Below, piece by piece: positions 33,499 through 43,538 of a DNA stretch of 58,912 nt. A program made the position numbers and the translations under genes. This DNA is from an uncultured Myxococcales bacterium. GTDB taxonomy: Bacteria; Myxococcota; UBA727; VGSZ01. Positions within the stretch are counted from its first letter, which is position 1, and the number at the start of each line of letters is the position of its first letter. The DNA is taken from positions 1 through 58,912 of the forward strand of contig CAZONM010000002.1 in assembly GCA_964580865.1 (NCBI GenBank), given 5' to 3'. The notes under the pieces are model-generated. The model ran no database searches. It had not been told where the DNA came from and saw only the letters and a list, made by a program, of their open reading frames with translations.

Positions 33499-34860
33499 AT
33501 GGTGCCGCTCGAGCTCTACGTGAAGCCCTTCCACCTGTCTCGCAAGATCGCGTGGGCGCTCGGCGCCACCGGTTGGACCATCGGCGATCGCTTGCTGATG
33601 ACGTGGGGGCTCTTCGTGTTCTCGCCGCCGGCGGGCGATGACCTGCCGCAACGCCTGCCAGCGTGGAGCCTGTTCGGTGTCGTGACCGTGTGGGGTGTGA
33701 TTAACCTGTTGGCGCGGTTCGTCGACGGTGTCTCCGACCCGTTGGTGGCCGCCATGAGCGACCGGAGCACACATCGGTGGGGGCGGCGCCGGGTGTTCAT
33801 GGTGGCCGGCATCGTGCCGCTCACCCTAGCCACGGGCGCGCTCTTCTTCGCGCCCACGCTCGCTCCCTCGTGGGGCAACGCGGTGTTCGCGGCGGTGGTG
33901 CTCACCGCGTACTTCGTCGCGTTCACGCTCTACGCCTGCCCTTACCAGGCGCTCCTCCCCGACCTCGCGCGCACCGAGCGCGAGCGCGTGAACCTGAGCA
34001 CCTTGCAGGCCGCGCTCATGCTGGTGGGCGCCGCCGTGGTGATGGTGGGCTCGCCCGTGCTCCTGGGCGCCTTGCGCGACGTGGCGCCCGTGCCGCGCTA
34101 CCAGATCATGGGCGTCACGTTCGCGCTCATCGCCTTCGTGTTCATGCTCGCGCCCATCGTGGGCGTCCCCGAGCGGGAGCTGGTGGCGGCGCCGCGACCG
34201 TCGAGCCAACCCATCCTCGCGAGCGTGCGCGCCACGCTGAAGGCGCCGGGCATGGGCTGGTACCTGCTCGCCACCATCTCGTTCTGGTTCGGCTTCAACG
34301 CCATCGCCAGCGGCGTGCCCTACTTCGTCACGGTGCTCATGGGCCGGGAGGTGGAATTCGCGGGGACGGTCTTGACCATCACCTTCGCCGTCACCGCCGT
34401 GTTCTTCCCCGTCGTCGCCAAGGTGGCGCATCGCTTCGGCAAGCGCCGAACCATGATCGGCGGCGCGGTTGGCCTGTGCCTGGTGATGGTAACGCTGCCC
34501 TTGATCCACGACACCGCCACGGGCCTCGTCGTGCTCGGGCTCGCCGGCATCCCCATCGCCGCGCTCATGGCGCTGCCGAACGCCATGCTCGCCGACCTGG
34601 CGCATGCCGAGGCCAAGCGCACGGGTGAGAACGGCGAGGCCATGTTCTTCGGCGCGCAGGCGTTCTTGATGAAGGTGAACCTGGGCGTCAGCTCGGCGGT
34701 GCTGGCCGCGCTGTTGCCGCTCGGCAACAGCGCCGACAACCCGCTCGGCGTGCAGCTCATCGGCCCAGCCACCGTGGTGACCTCGCTCATCAGCGTGGTC
34801 GCCTACTGGCGCTTCCGCGAGCCCGGCGACCACGCCGCCGACGTCACGGCGCGGGCGTGA
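33499..34860 (+). CDS. MFS transporter, GPH/MelB (glycoside-pentoside-hexuronide) type
   Basis: About 12 TM; DGVSDPLVAAMSDR..RWGRRRVF; ERERVNL; RFGKR; GEAMFFGAQAF. Confidence 0.88.
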   Translation: MVPLELYVKPFHLSRKIAWALGATGWTIGDRLLMTWGLFVFSPPAGDDLPQRLPAWSLFGVVTVWGVINLLARFVDGVSDPLVAAMSDRSTHRWGRRRVFMVAGIVPLTLATGALFFAPTLAPSWGNAVFAAVVLTAYFVAFTLYACPYQALLPDLARTERERVNLSTLQAALMLVGAAVVMVGSPVLLGALRDVAPVPRYQIMGVTFALIAFVFMLAPIVGVPERELVAAPRPSSQPILASVRATLKAPGMGWYLLATISFWFGFNAIASGVPYFVTVLMGREVEFAGTVLTITFAVTAVFFPVVAKVAHRFGKRRTMIGGAVGLCLVMVTLPLIHDTATGLVVLGLAGIPIAALMALPNAMLADLAHAEAKRTGENGEAMFFGAQAFLMKVNLGVSSAVLAALLPLGNSADNPLGVQLIGPATVVTSLISVVAYWRFREPGDHAADVTARA

Positions 34861-36418
34861 AGGTCGCGTTGCTCAGGCGATGCACCTCGAGGTCGCGCAT
34901 GCGCGCCGGCCCGCCGTCGGCGAAGGTGGCGAGGCCCACCGAGCTCGGCAGCGGGTAGATGTTGACGCTCACGACCGCGCGGCCGCCGTCGGCGAACACC
35001 TCCACCGACGAGCGATCGACGAAGACGGTCAGCGCCACCGCGCCGTCGCGCAGGCTCACGGGCGCCTCGAAGCGCGCGCCGAAGCCGCTGGCGAACAGCA
35101 CGTCCCCCGAGCGCGTGCGATCGACGAACACCGCGCCGCGCTCGCGGTCGTAGCCCACGCGCGTCTCCTCGCCGTCGCCGCGCCGCACCGCCAGACCCGC
35201 GCTGGTCGCGTCGCGCGGCTCGAGCACCAGCGCGATCTCGAGGGCGTCGCCCTCGATACCCGCGAGGGCGTCGTCGCCGCCCGCGGGCACGTCGAGCGCC
35301 GCGCGCGACGCGATGGGGCACGCGCCGCGCAAGGCGCGCAGCTCTCGCGCCGGCGCCTGCACCAGGAGCGGGCCGGCGCCGTCGTCGACGAGCGACAGCT
35401 CGCGCGGCACGCTCATGGAGCCGCGCCAAGGGTCGGTGGGCGTGCCGATGGCGTACTGCCAGCTCTCGCGCCAGCCGAGCCACACGCGGCGACCGTCCGG
35501 CGCATCGTTGAACGACTGCGCGGCGTAGAAGTCGGGCCCGAAGTCGAGCCGCCGCCCGGGCGGCGCGGTCTCGGGCACAAAGCTCACGCCGTCGAAGCTG
35601 CCCACCATGGTGAACCCGAAGTTGTCGACCTCGCCGAGCCCCACGTTGCGATCGAGCTTGAAGACCCACTTCTCGACGCCGTCGAGGGCCAACGGGAACA
35701 GGTCGGGGCACTCCCACGCGCCCTCGAGCCCGTCGAACGGCCCGAGCTCGCTGGCCTTGGTCCAGCTCTTCAGATCCGTCGACGTGTAGAAGTGCGCGCG
35801 ATCGCCGGCCGCCACCACCATCACCCAACGGGCCGTGGGCGCGTGCCACAGGACCTTGGGATCGCGGAAGTCGACCAGGCCCGGGTTCGGCACCACGGGG
35901 TTGCCCGCGAACTCGGTGAAGGTGCGCCCGCCGTCGCTGCTGGCGGCGATGCTCTGCTTTTGCTGGCCGTCGTCGCCGAAGGCGTGGGTGAACACGGCCA
36001 CCAGGCACGAGGGTCCGGTGCACAGGCCGCTCGAGTTGTCGCGATCGGCGACCGCCGAGCCCGAGAACACGGCGCCGAGCTGCTCGTGCGGCCGCAGCGC
36101 CACCGGCAGGTGCCGCCAGTTGACGAGGTCGGTGCTGACGGCGTGGCCCCACGAGAGGTTGCCCCACATGGAGTCGTCGGGGTTGTGCTGAAAGAACAGG
36201 TGCCACTCGCCGTCGAGGAAGATGAGGCCGTTCGGATCGCTCAGCCAGCCCCGCTCGGGCGAGAAGTGATAGCGCGGCCGGTACAGCTCTGCGTAGCGCT
36301 CGCTCGACGACGTCTTCTCGGCGGCGGTCATGAGGGGCTCCGGGCATTGGGGATCGGGCATCGGGGGGCACGCGGCGGCGAGCACGGCGGCAAGGAAGAG
36401 CGAGACCGCGCGGGCCAT
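34844..36418 (-). CDS. Lipoprotein GH32 beta-fructofuranosidase/levanase
   Basis: Lipobox LAAAC-PP; RPRYHF, WLSDPNG, WGHAVS.DL, FSGSAV, FRDP, WECP, DFYA and C-terminal DRSSVEVF. Confidence 0.92.
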   Translation of the reverse strand: MARAVSLFLAAVLAAACPPMPDPQCPEPLMTAAEKTSSSERYAELYRPRYHFSPERGWLSDPNGLIFLDGEWHLFFQHNPDDSMWGNLSWGHAVSTDLVNWRHLPVALRPHEQLGAVFSGSAVADRDNSSGLCTGPSCLVAVFTHAFGDDGQQKQSIAASSDGGRTFTEFAGNPVVPNPGLVDFRDPKVLWHAPTARWVMVVAAGDRAHFYTSTDLKSWTKASELGPFDGLEGAWECPDLFPLALDGVEKWVFKLDRNVGLGEVDNFGFTMVGSFDGVSFVPETAPPGRRLDFGPDFYAAQSFNDAPDGRRVWLGWRESWQYAIGTPTDPWRGSMSVPRELSLVDDGAGPLLVQAPARELRALRGACPIASRAALDVPAGGDDALAGIEGDALEIALVLEPRDATSAGLAVRRGDGEETRVGYDRERGAVFVDRTRSGDVLFASGFGARFEAPVSLRDGAVALTVFVDRSSVEVFADGGRAVVSVNIYPLPSSVGLATFADGGPARMRDLEVHRLSNATFTPAP

Positions 36419-36536
36419 GGCGCCACTGTGCCGCTCACCAGGTCCGCGCGCAAGGCGCCGCAGGCCTCACGCGCGACCGCGTCGACAGGGGCGGTCGCGT
36501 GTGCAAGACGCAGGGTGCATAGGGCCGGAGGTCGCG

Positions 36537-37781
36537 TTGCGCATCGCGATGTTCGTCGACACGTTCCCGCCGAAGATCGACGGGATGACGATCTCGATCG
36601 AGCTGTTCACCACGGAGCTGCGCCGCCGTGGCCACGAGGTGCTGGTGGTGGCGCCGCGCCACCCGCGGCACGAGTACGGGCCCGTGCACGAAGACACGCT
36701 GCTCATCCCTGCGGTGGCGTCGGACTGGATCTACCCCGACACCGCGCTCGGCAAGTTTTGGAAGAGCATGGGGCACGGGGTGGTGGCCGAGCGCTTCGCG
36801 CGCTGGCGCCCCGACATCATTCACAGCCACACCGAGTTCACGCTGGGCCTGTGGTCGGCGTCGTACTGGCGCACGCGCCTCGGCCCCCTCGGCACGCGGC
36901 GCGTGCATACGTTCCACACGCTGTGGACCGAGTACCTGTTCTACCTGCCCATCCCCGAGCTCGTCTCGCAGCCGCTCTTGCGCTTCTTGGCGCCGCGCAC
37001 CGCGCAGAAGCGCTTCGACGCCGTCATCGCACCGAGCGACAAGATGCGCGAGGTGCTCATCAGCGACTGGGGCATCAAGCCCGAGCACTGCGACATCAGC
37101 GTGGTGCCCACGGGCATCGACGTGGCGCGCTTCCGCACCGGCAGCAACGAGCGCTTTCGGCAGCGCTGGGGCGTCGCGCCCACCGATGACGTCGTCCTCT
37201 ACCTCGGGCGCATCGGCACCGAGAAGAACGTCGAGCTGGTCATCGACACCTTCGCCGAGCTGGCGCGCCGTGGCCAAGAGCGGGTGCGCTACGTCATCGC
37301 CGGCGGCGGCCCCGAGGACTACCTCGCCAAGCTGCGCCAACGTGCGCGCGACAAGAACGTCGACGTCATCTGGACGGGCTTCGTGCGCGGCGACGATCTG
37401 GTCGACGCCTACGCGGCTGCCGACCTGTGCCTGTTTCCGTCCACCACCGAGACACAGGGCCTGGTGGTCACCGAGGCGCTCGCCGCGGGAGTGCCGCTGG
37501 TCAGCGTAGAGGCCATGGGCCCGGCCTCCACCATGCGCGGTGAGCGCGGCTGCTTGTTCGCCGCCGACGACGCCGTGGCGTTCGCAAACGCCGCGCAGCG
37601 CCTCCTCAAGGACGAGGTGCTCTACCGACGCAAGTGCAACGAGGCCGCCGAGCTCGCGCGCGGGGCGTCCATCGAACAGCGCACCGACGAGCTGCTCGCC
37701 GTGTACGACAAGACGCTGCGAGCCACCGCGGGCCCTCGTGAGGCCGCGCGGGGCCCGATGGGGCGGCGCGCGGCCGGCTGA
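36537..37781 (+). CDS. GT4 glycosyltransferase (resembles 1,2-diacylglycerol alpha-glucosyltransferases)
   Basis: TTG start after GGAGG; RIAMFVDTFPPKIDG, DIIHSHTEF, HTFHT..EYL.Y, PTGID, LGRIGTEKN, STTETQGLV..EA. Confidence 0.85.
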   Translation: MRIAMFVDTFPPKIDGMTISIELFTTELRRRGHEVLVVAPRHPRHEYGPVHEDTLLIPAVASDWIYPDTALGKFWKSMGHGVVAERFARWRPDIIHSHTEFTLGLWSASYWRTRLGPLGTRRVHTFHTLWTEYLFYLPIPELVSQPLLRFLAPRTAQKRFDAVIAPSDKMREVLISDWGIKPEHCDISVVPTGIDVARFRTGSNERFRQRWGVAPTDDVVLYLGRIGTEKNVELVIDTFAELARRGQERVRYVIAGGGPEDYLAKLRQRARDKNVDVIWTGFVRGDDLVDAYAAADLCLFPSTTETQGLVVTEALAAGVPLVSVEAMGPASTMRGERGCLFAADDAVAFANAAQRLLKDEVLYRRKCNEAAELARGASIEQRTDELLAVYDKTLRATAGPREAARGPMGRRAAG

Positions 37782-37848
37782 GCTGAGCACAATCCCTCGT
37801 GTGCGCGCACGTTGCGCCTCGTCGACGGCGGTGCCACGCTGACCTCGC

Positions 37849-39450
37849 ATGCCTGCGCGTGTCGCTCCGCCACGCCCTCGCGTCGTCATGACGGTGGCGC
37901 TCGTCCTCGCCGTCTCGTGCGCGCCCGACGACGCCACGCCCGCGCCCGCGGCGCTCGAGCCCCTGCCTCCGCTCGCGCATGCTGCCACCACGCGCGTGCG
38001 CACCCTCGTGCCGGTGCACGACGCCATGCCGGGCAACCCGACGAACCCGGGGCGACCGGAGAACCTCCAGGGGTACCTCGAGCTGGGCCTCGGCGACGTC
38101 ACCGAGGGGCCGCCCGACGACGTGGTGGTGCACGCCCTCGGCACCGTGGCGGGCGCGAGCGCGCCGCTCGACCCAAGCGCCCTGCCGGCCCCCGGGCCCA
38201 ATGCGCGGCGCCTGGCGCGCATCGTCCATCTCGCCGACCTGCAGCTGATGGACGACGAGAGCCCCACACGCGCGGCCGCCTTCGACACCCAGGCGGTGAC
38301 CGCCGCGCTGCGGCCGCAAGATCCCGTCCTCTGCCGCATGCTCAATGCCGCCGTGCGCACCATCAACGCGCTGCACGCGGAGGACCCCATCGACCTGGTG
38401 GTGCTCGGCGGCGACAACGCCGACTCCGCGCAGAACAACGAGGTGCGCTGGGTGCTCGACATCCTCGGTGGCAGCAGCCGCGTCCACTGCGACTCCGGCG
38501 ACGACAACGACCTCGACGCCGACGGCGACGACGGCAAGGACCCGTTCGCCGCCGCCGGGCTCGACGTGCCGTGGCGCTGGGTCAGCGGCAACCACGACGT
38601 GCTGGTGCAGGGCAACTTCGCCGTCGACGACGCGCAGGCCGCCGCCGCGCTCGGCGGCGAGGCAACCATGGGCACGCGCATCTATCAGGGCGAGGGCTTC
38701 GGCAGCATCGCCGACGGTGACGTCGCCATCCCCGACGAGGCGCGCCGCCTGCTGCAGGGCGCCGCCCTCGTCGACCTCGTGGGCGCGGACGACGACGGCC
38801 ACGGGCTCGCGCCCGACGCGCCCATGCCCCCGGGCGCCGTGCGCCCCACCGGCAAGGCGTTCGCCGCCTTCGACCTGCCGGGCACGCGGCTCACCGCGGT
38901 GGTGCTCGACACCTCGCACGCGCGCGGCGGCGCCAGCGGTGTCCTGCAAGCGTCGCACATCGACGCGTTCGTGCGCCCGGTCCTCGACGACGCCGTGGCG
39001 CGGGGGCGCCTCGTCCTCTTGGCGTCGCACCACGCGGCCGACTCGCTCACCACGGATGGCGGGGTGTTTGGCGCCAGCGAGCCCGATGCGCTGTCGAGCG
39101 ACGACTGGCGCGCGTTCCTGAGCGCGTACCCGAACGTGCTGTTCTCGTTGGTGGCGCACTCGCACCGTCACCGCGTGCGCGTACAGCAGACGCCGGGCCA
39201 CGCGTTCTTCGAGATCATGACCAGCGCGCTCGCCGACTGGCCGCACCAGTTCCGGCTCATCGAGCTCTACGACGACGACAACGGCACGCTGCGGCTGGAG
39301 GCCACACCCGTGGACTTCGCCGTCGACGACGACGCGCCAAGCGCGCTCGGCCGCGCGCTTGGGCTCATCGATCGGCTCACGGGGTGGAGCAGCGACGGCA
39401 GCGGCGCGAGCGAGGACCGCGCCATGTCGCTGGTGATCGCGACGCCGTAG
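37849..39450 (+). CDS. Lipoprotein calcineurin-like metallophosphoesterase
   Basis: Lipobox LAVSC; HLADLQ..D, GGDNAD, GNHD, SHH and AHSH motifs. Alternative ATG at 37888. Confidence 0.8.
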   Translation: MPARVAPPRPRVVMTVALVLAVSCAPDDATPAPAALEPLPPLAHAATTRVRTLVPVHDAMPGNPTNPGRPENLQGYLELGLGDVTEGPPDDVVVHALGTVAGASAPLDPSALPAPGPNARRLARIVHLADLQLMDDESPTRAAAFDTQAVTAALRPQDPVLCRMLNAAVRTINALHAEDPIDLVVLGGDNADSAQNNEVRWVLDILGGSSRVHCDSGDDNDLDADGDDGKDPFAAAGLDVPWRWVSGNHDVLVQGNFAVDDAQAAAALGGEATMGTRIYQGEGFGSIADGDVAIPDEARRLLQGAALVDLVGADDDGHGLAPDAPMPPGAVRPTGKAFAAFDLPGTRLTAVVLDTSHARGGASGVLQASHIDAFVRPVLDDAVARGRLVLLASHHAADSLTTDGGVFGASEPDALSSDDWRAFLSAYPNVLFSLVAHSHRHRVRVQQTPGHAFFEIMTSALADWPHQFRLIELYDDDNGTLRLEATPVDFAVDDDAPSALGRALGLIDRLTGWSSDGSGASEDRAMSLVIATP

Positions 39451-39456
39451 CGCGCG

Positions 39457-40005
39457 TCAGCGCTTCGTGAACGAGCAAGGCCCGATGCGCTCGCAGTCCG
39501 CCTGGATGGCGCGCCAGCCGTCGGCCCCGATGGCCTGCAGCGCCATGGGGTAGAGGATCTCGTTCTCTTTGTGGATGTGCGAGCGCAGCACCGGCACGAT
39601 GAAGTCGGCCACCTGGCACAGCCGATCGACGAACGCCTCGTCCGCCGTGGCGTCGGTGCTCACGTGGTCCTTGAGCGCACGCTTGGCCAGGCGCAGCTCC
39701 TCGTGATCGAGGCGCATCATGTGCGGCGGCCCCTCGATGCCCACCTCCTCCATGCGCGGGAACAAGGCCTGCTCCTCGCGCTGGTGGTGCGGCTCGGCGT
39801 CGAGCAGGCTCGACGCGAGCTTCACGAGCTCTTGACGTACGGCGCCATTGGGCTCGAGGCCCGCGGCGCTTTTGCGCGCCTCCACCGCGATGGCGTCGAG
39901 CCGGTCGAGAAAGCCGAGCAGCGTGTCGTGCTCCTCCATCCACACCCGCACCGGGTGGTTCGGAGGAAGCTCGCTCGGGTTGCTCTTGCCCATGGAGGGG
40001 AACAT
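39457..40005 (-). CDS. Hemerythrin/HHE cation-binding domain protein
   Basis: AGGAG RBS; EEH, HHQREEQALFP, DHEE and HIHKENEILYP metal-ligand pattern. Confidence 0.88.
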   Translation of the reverse strand: MFPSMGKSNPSELPPNHPVRVWMEEHDTLLGFLDRLDAIAVEARKSAAGLEPNGAVRQELVKLASSLLDAEPHHQREEQALFPRMEEVGIEGPPHMMRLDHEELRLAKRALKDHVSTDATADEAFVDRLCQVADFIVPVLRSHIHKENEILYPMALQAIGADGWRAIQADCERIGPCSFTKR

Positions 40006-40048
40006 GGTGGTCTCCTGACGATGTCGTTCGCAGCCGGCCCGCTCGGTA

Positions 40049-41224
40049 TCAGTACGCGCGCTCGCCGGTCAACGCCTCACCGATGACGAGCGCGTGCACG
40101 TCGTCGGTCCCCTCGTAGGTGAACGTCGACTCCAGGTTCATCGCATGCCGCATGACGTGGTGCTCGCCCGTGATGCCGTTGGCGCCGAGGATGTTCCTGG
40201 CCGTGCGCGCCGCGTCGAGCGCGATCTTGCAGTTGTTGCGCTTGAGCAGGCTCACCTGCGGCGGCGCGAGCTTGCCCTCGTCCTTGAGGCGGCCATAGTG
40301 CACCGCGAGCAGGCTGCCCTTGGTGATCTCGTTCGCCATGTCGGCGAGCTTCACCTGCACGAGCTGCTTTCTCGCGATGGGGCCGCCGAGCTGCTTGCGC
40401 TCGCAGGCATACTCGACCGCGGTCTCGAGACACGCGCGCGCGGCGCCGAGCACGCCGAAGGCCACGCCGTAGCGCGCGCTCGTGAGGCACGAGAGCGGGC
40501 CGCGCATGCCGTGCACGTTCGGCAGGCGGTTCTTGTCGGGCACACGCACGTCCATCATCGTCAGCCCGCCGGTGTAGCTCGCGCGCAGCGAGAGCTTGTG
40601 CGGGATGTCGGTGGCCGAGAAGCCCTTCATGCCCTTCTCGAGGATGAAGCCCGTGACGTCCTTCGACTCCGACGAGGTCTGTGCCCACACCACCGCGACG
40701 TCGGCGATCTGGGCGTTGGTGATCCACATCTTCTCGCCGTTCAGCACCCACGAGTCGCCGTCTTTCACGGCGCGCGTGGTCATCTGCCCGGGGTTACTGC
40801 CCGCGTTTGGCTCGGTGAGGCCGAAGCAGCCGATGCACTTGCCCGCCGCCATGCGCGGCAGATAGTTGTTCTTCTGCTCCTCGGAACCGAAGGCGTGGAT
40901 GGCGTACATCGCCAGGCTGGTCTGCACGCTGATGAAGCTGCGCAGGCCCGAGTCGCAGGCCTCGAGCTCGTGGCACGCCAGGCCGTAGCCCACCGACGAG
41001 ATGCCGGCGCAGCCGTAGCCCTCGAGGTTGGCGCCGAGCAGTCCGAGGTCGGCCAGCTCACCGATCAGCTCCTTCGGAAAGGTGTGCTTCTCGAAGTCGT
41101 CGACGATGCGCGGCATGCAGCGCGTGCGAACGAAGCGCTTGACGTTGCGCTGGATGGTCTTCTCGTCCTCGGTCAGCAGCGATTGCCAACCGATCAGCTC
41201 GTCGAGATCAAGCCGCGTGCCCAT
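40049..41224 (-). CDS. gcdH: Glutaryl-CoA dehydrogenase (probably decarboxylating type)
   Basis: DSGLRS..SVQ, GCFGLTEP, KMWITN, KLSLRAS.TG, R.QLGGP, LGANGI and TYEGT (catalytic Glu). Confidence 0.88.
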   Translation of the reverse strand: MGTRLDLDELIGWQSLLTEDEKTIQRNVKRFVRTRCMPRIVDDFEKHTFPKELIGELADLGLLGANLEGYGCAGISSVGYGLACHELEACDSGLRSFISVQTSLAMYAIHAFGSEEQKNNYLPRMAAGKCIGCFGLTEPNAGSNPGQMTTRAVKDGDSWVLNGEKMWITNAQIADVAVVWAQTSSESKDVTGFILEKGMKGFSATDIPHKLSLRASYTGGLTMMDVRVPDKNRLPNVHGMRGPLSCLTSARYGVAFGVLGAARACLETAVEYACERKQLGGPIARKQLVQVKLADMANEITKGSLLAVHYGRLKDEGKLAPPQVSLLKRNNCKIALDAARTARNILGANGITGEHHVMRHAMNLESTFTYEGTDDVHALVIGEALTGERAY

Positions 41225-42119
41225 GGAGTCCTCCAGAGATCGTGGTGGCCGCGTCGCCGCGGCGATCGAGCTGATGACGGCGATAGGCGCCGAGCAGGGC
41301 GGCGCCCAACGCGCCTGCGTAGATGCTGTCGGCGTTCGCCACCACCTTGAGCGGCGCGCCCTTGTCGGTGGCGAGCGACTCACGCAAGGCGGTCAGCATG
41401 CCCTCGTCGAGCGCCATGCCGCCCGACACGAACACGGTGTGGTCCGCCTTGATCGCGCGCAGGAGCTTCGACAGGCGCCCGGCGATCGACACGTGGATGC
41501 CCTTCAGGATGTCCTGCGTGGTCACGCCGCGGCTCACCATGTTGATGACGTCGGTCTCGGCCAGCACCGCGCAGATGCCGCTCACCTGCTCGGGCGCCGT
41601 GGCCTTGAGCGAGAGCCCGCCCACGTCTTCCAGCGGCACGCCCAGGTAGCGCGCGATGTTCTCGACGAACTGCCCGGTCCCGCTGGCGCATTGCGAGGTC
41701 ATGCGGTGGTTGAGCACCTTGCTGCGGTCGTCGATCTTGATGGCGCGGGCATGCAAGGCGCCGATGTCGAGCACGGCGCGCGCGTCGTGCTCCAGGAAGA
41801 GCGCCCCCCGCGCGTGCGTGGTCATCGAGTAGAAGTGGCCGGTGGCGAATTTCTCTGCCGCCTCGCCGTCCCCCGTCGACGCCACGTACACGAGCTTGTC
41901 GGGCTTGATGCCCGCGCTCTTGCACGCATCGGTGAACACGCGCTCGGCGAGCTCATAGACGTTGCGGCGCCGGATGCGCTCACACACGCGCGTCACGATC
42001 TCGCCGTGCTCGCCGGCCTTGCTCTTGGTGATCACGACCTTGACGGCGCCGGCGCCGATGTCGATGCCCGCCGAGTGAACCCATGGGGCGTCGTTCCCGC
42101 GTTGATCTTGCATGGTCAT
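41208..42119 (-). CDS. bcrD: Class I benzoyl-CoA reductase subunit D (ASKHA ATPase)
   Basis: GIDIG, STGDGE, TTHARGA, DIGALH, MTSQCASGTGQF, SGICAVLAETDVINM. Confidence 0.93.
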   Translation of the reverse strand: MTMQDQRGNDAPWVHSAGIDIGAGAVKVVITKSKAGEHGEIVTRVCERIRRRNVYELAERVFTDACKSAGIKPDKLVYVASTGDGEAAEKFATGHFYSMTTHARGALFLEHDARAVLDIGALHARAIKIDDRSKVLNHRMTSQCASGTGQFVENIARYLGVPLEDVGGLSLKATAPEQVSGICAVLAETDVINMVSRGVTTQDILKGIHVSIAGRLSKLLRAIKADHTVFVSGGMALDEGMLTALRESLATDKGAPLKVVANADSIYAGALGAALLGAYRRHQLDRRGDAATTISGGLHGHAA

Positions 42120-42137
42120 GGCGATTCCTCTCTTCTT

Positions 42138-43538
42138 TCAGCCGCAGCTCGCGCAGGCGTCGTCGGGTTGGGCGTAGTCCTTCATCGCCTTCTTGTCGGG
42201 CCGCTTGACGACCAGCAGGTTGGCCTTGCCGGCCCGCAGGTCGTCGAGCGCGAACAAGGCTGCGCCGAGCGCGCCCATGAAGATCGAGTCGGGGTGGACG
42301 TTGAGCGTGATGTCGTTGCCGTAGTTCTCATCGACCAGCTCGCGCAGCACCTTCGTGGCCATGTCGTTCTTGCACACACCGCCGGTGAAGGTGAGCTCGC
42401 TCTTCACGCCGCCCGAGCGCGCCAACAGGCTCATGGCGCGCAGCATGATGGCCTTATGCAGGCCCGCCAAGATGTCCTCGCGCTCCTCACCGAGCGACAG
42501 GCGCTCGCGCAGCTCGGCGCCCGCGAACACCGTGCACGTCGAGTTGATGCGCACGCTCTTGCACGACTTGAGCGCGAGCGGCCCGAGCTCGTGCAGACCG
42601 AGGTTCAGCTCGTCGGCGATGTAGCCGAGGTAGCGACCGCAGCCGGCGGCACAGCGATCGTTCATCTGAAACGTCGTCACGACACCCTTGTCGTCGACCT
42701 GGATGGCCTTGGTGTCTTGCCCGCCGATGTCGAGCACGGTGCGCGTACCGGGGAAGTACCGGTGCGCGCCGCGGCCGTGACACAGGATCTCGGAGCGCAC
42801 CGCGGCCTTGGGGAACGGCAGCGTCTGCCGCCCGTAGCCCGTGCCCGCGAACGCGATCTCGTCGATGGGCTCCGTGCCCACCGAGTCGACGATGTCGAAG
42901 AAGCGCTTCTTGGCGCCCTCGGGCAGGACGCCCGCGATGCGCCGCGCGGCGCGACCGAGCGTGGCCGCGAAGTCGAGCTCGCGCAGCTCGGTCTCGACGT
43001 CGAGGATGGCGCGATCGAACGGCCAGGTCAGCTCCTCGAAGCGCAGGCCGCGCTCGGCCGCGAGCTTCTCGGCCGCGTGCATGAAGGCCGCGCCCGCGAT
43101 GTCGCGGAAGAAGTCGCTCTTGCGCCCATCGCCGCCCAAGAACAGCGCCGGCGCGTCGCTCTGCATGCGGTCGAAGATGCCCGCGAGCGCGTCCTTCACC
43201 TGCGAGGTCCCGCGCGTGCCCGCCGCGGCCACCACCTCGGTGACGCGCTGGCGCAGCGCGGCGAGCTCGTCGAGGTAGAGCTCCAGGCGGAAGGCCGCGA
43301 GCAACTTGTCACCGAGCGCGCGGATGTCGCTCGCGCCGTCGCCCGTGAGGCCGTCGAGCTTGCGCGCGAGCAGGTTGAAGCGCGCCGAGGTCACCGCCTC
43401 GTCGCGCGCCACGGCGCTCGCCACCTCGTAATTCGAACGGCTGTTGGTGATGCCCTTGCCCACGATCTGGCCGTCCTCGTCGATGAGGATGGCCTTGGTG
43501 GTGGTGGAGCCGAGATCGACGCCGACACAGACTCTCAT
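42138..43538 (-). CDS. bcrA: Class I benzoyl-CoA reductase subunit A (ASKHA ATPase)
   Basis: GVDLGSTTTKA, GITNSRSNY, GTGYGR, SEILCHG.GAH, DIGGQDTK, MNDRCAAGCG, NSTCTVFA. Confidence 0.94.
   Translation of the reverse strand: MRVCVGVDLGSTTTKAILIDEDGQIVGKGITNSRSNYEVASAVARDEAVTSARFNLLARKLDGLTGDGASDIRALGDKLLAAFRLELYLDELAALRQRVTEVVAAAGTRGTSQVKDALAGIFDRMQSDAPALFLGGDGRKSDFFRDIAGAAFMHAAEKLAAERGLRFEELTWPFDRAILDVETELRELDFAATLGRAARRIAGVLPEGAKKRFFDIVDSVGTEPIDEIAFAGTGYGRQTLPFPKAAVRSEILCHGRGAHRYFPGTRTVLDIGGQDTKAIQVDDKGVVTTFQMNDRCAAGCGRYLGYIADELNLGLHELGPLALKSCKSVRINSTCTVFAGAELRERLSLGEEREDILAGLHKAIMLRAMSLLARSGGVKSELTFTGGVCKNDMATKVLRELVDENYGNDITLNVHPDSIFMGALGAALFALDDLRAGKANLLVVKRPDKKAMKDYAQPDDACASCG

Noticed and set aside
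36229-36252. GH32 WLSDPNG instead of WMNDPNG
   Set aside because: The catalytic Asp, RDP and EC motifs are all present; this is ordinary variation.
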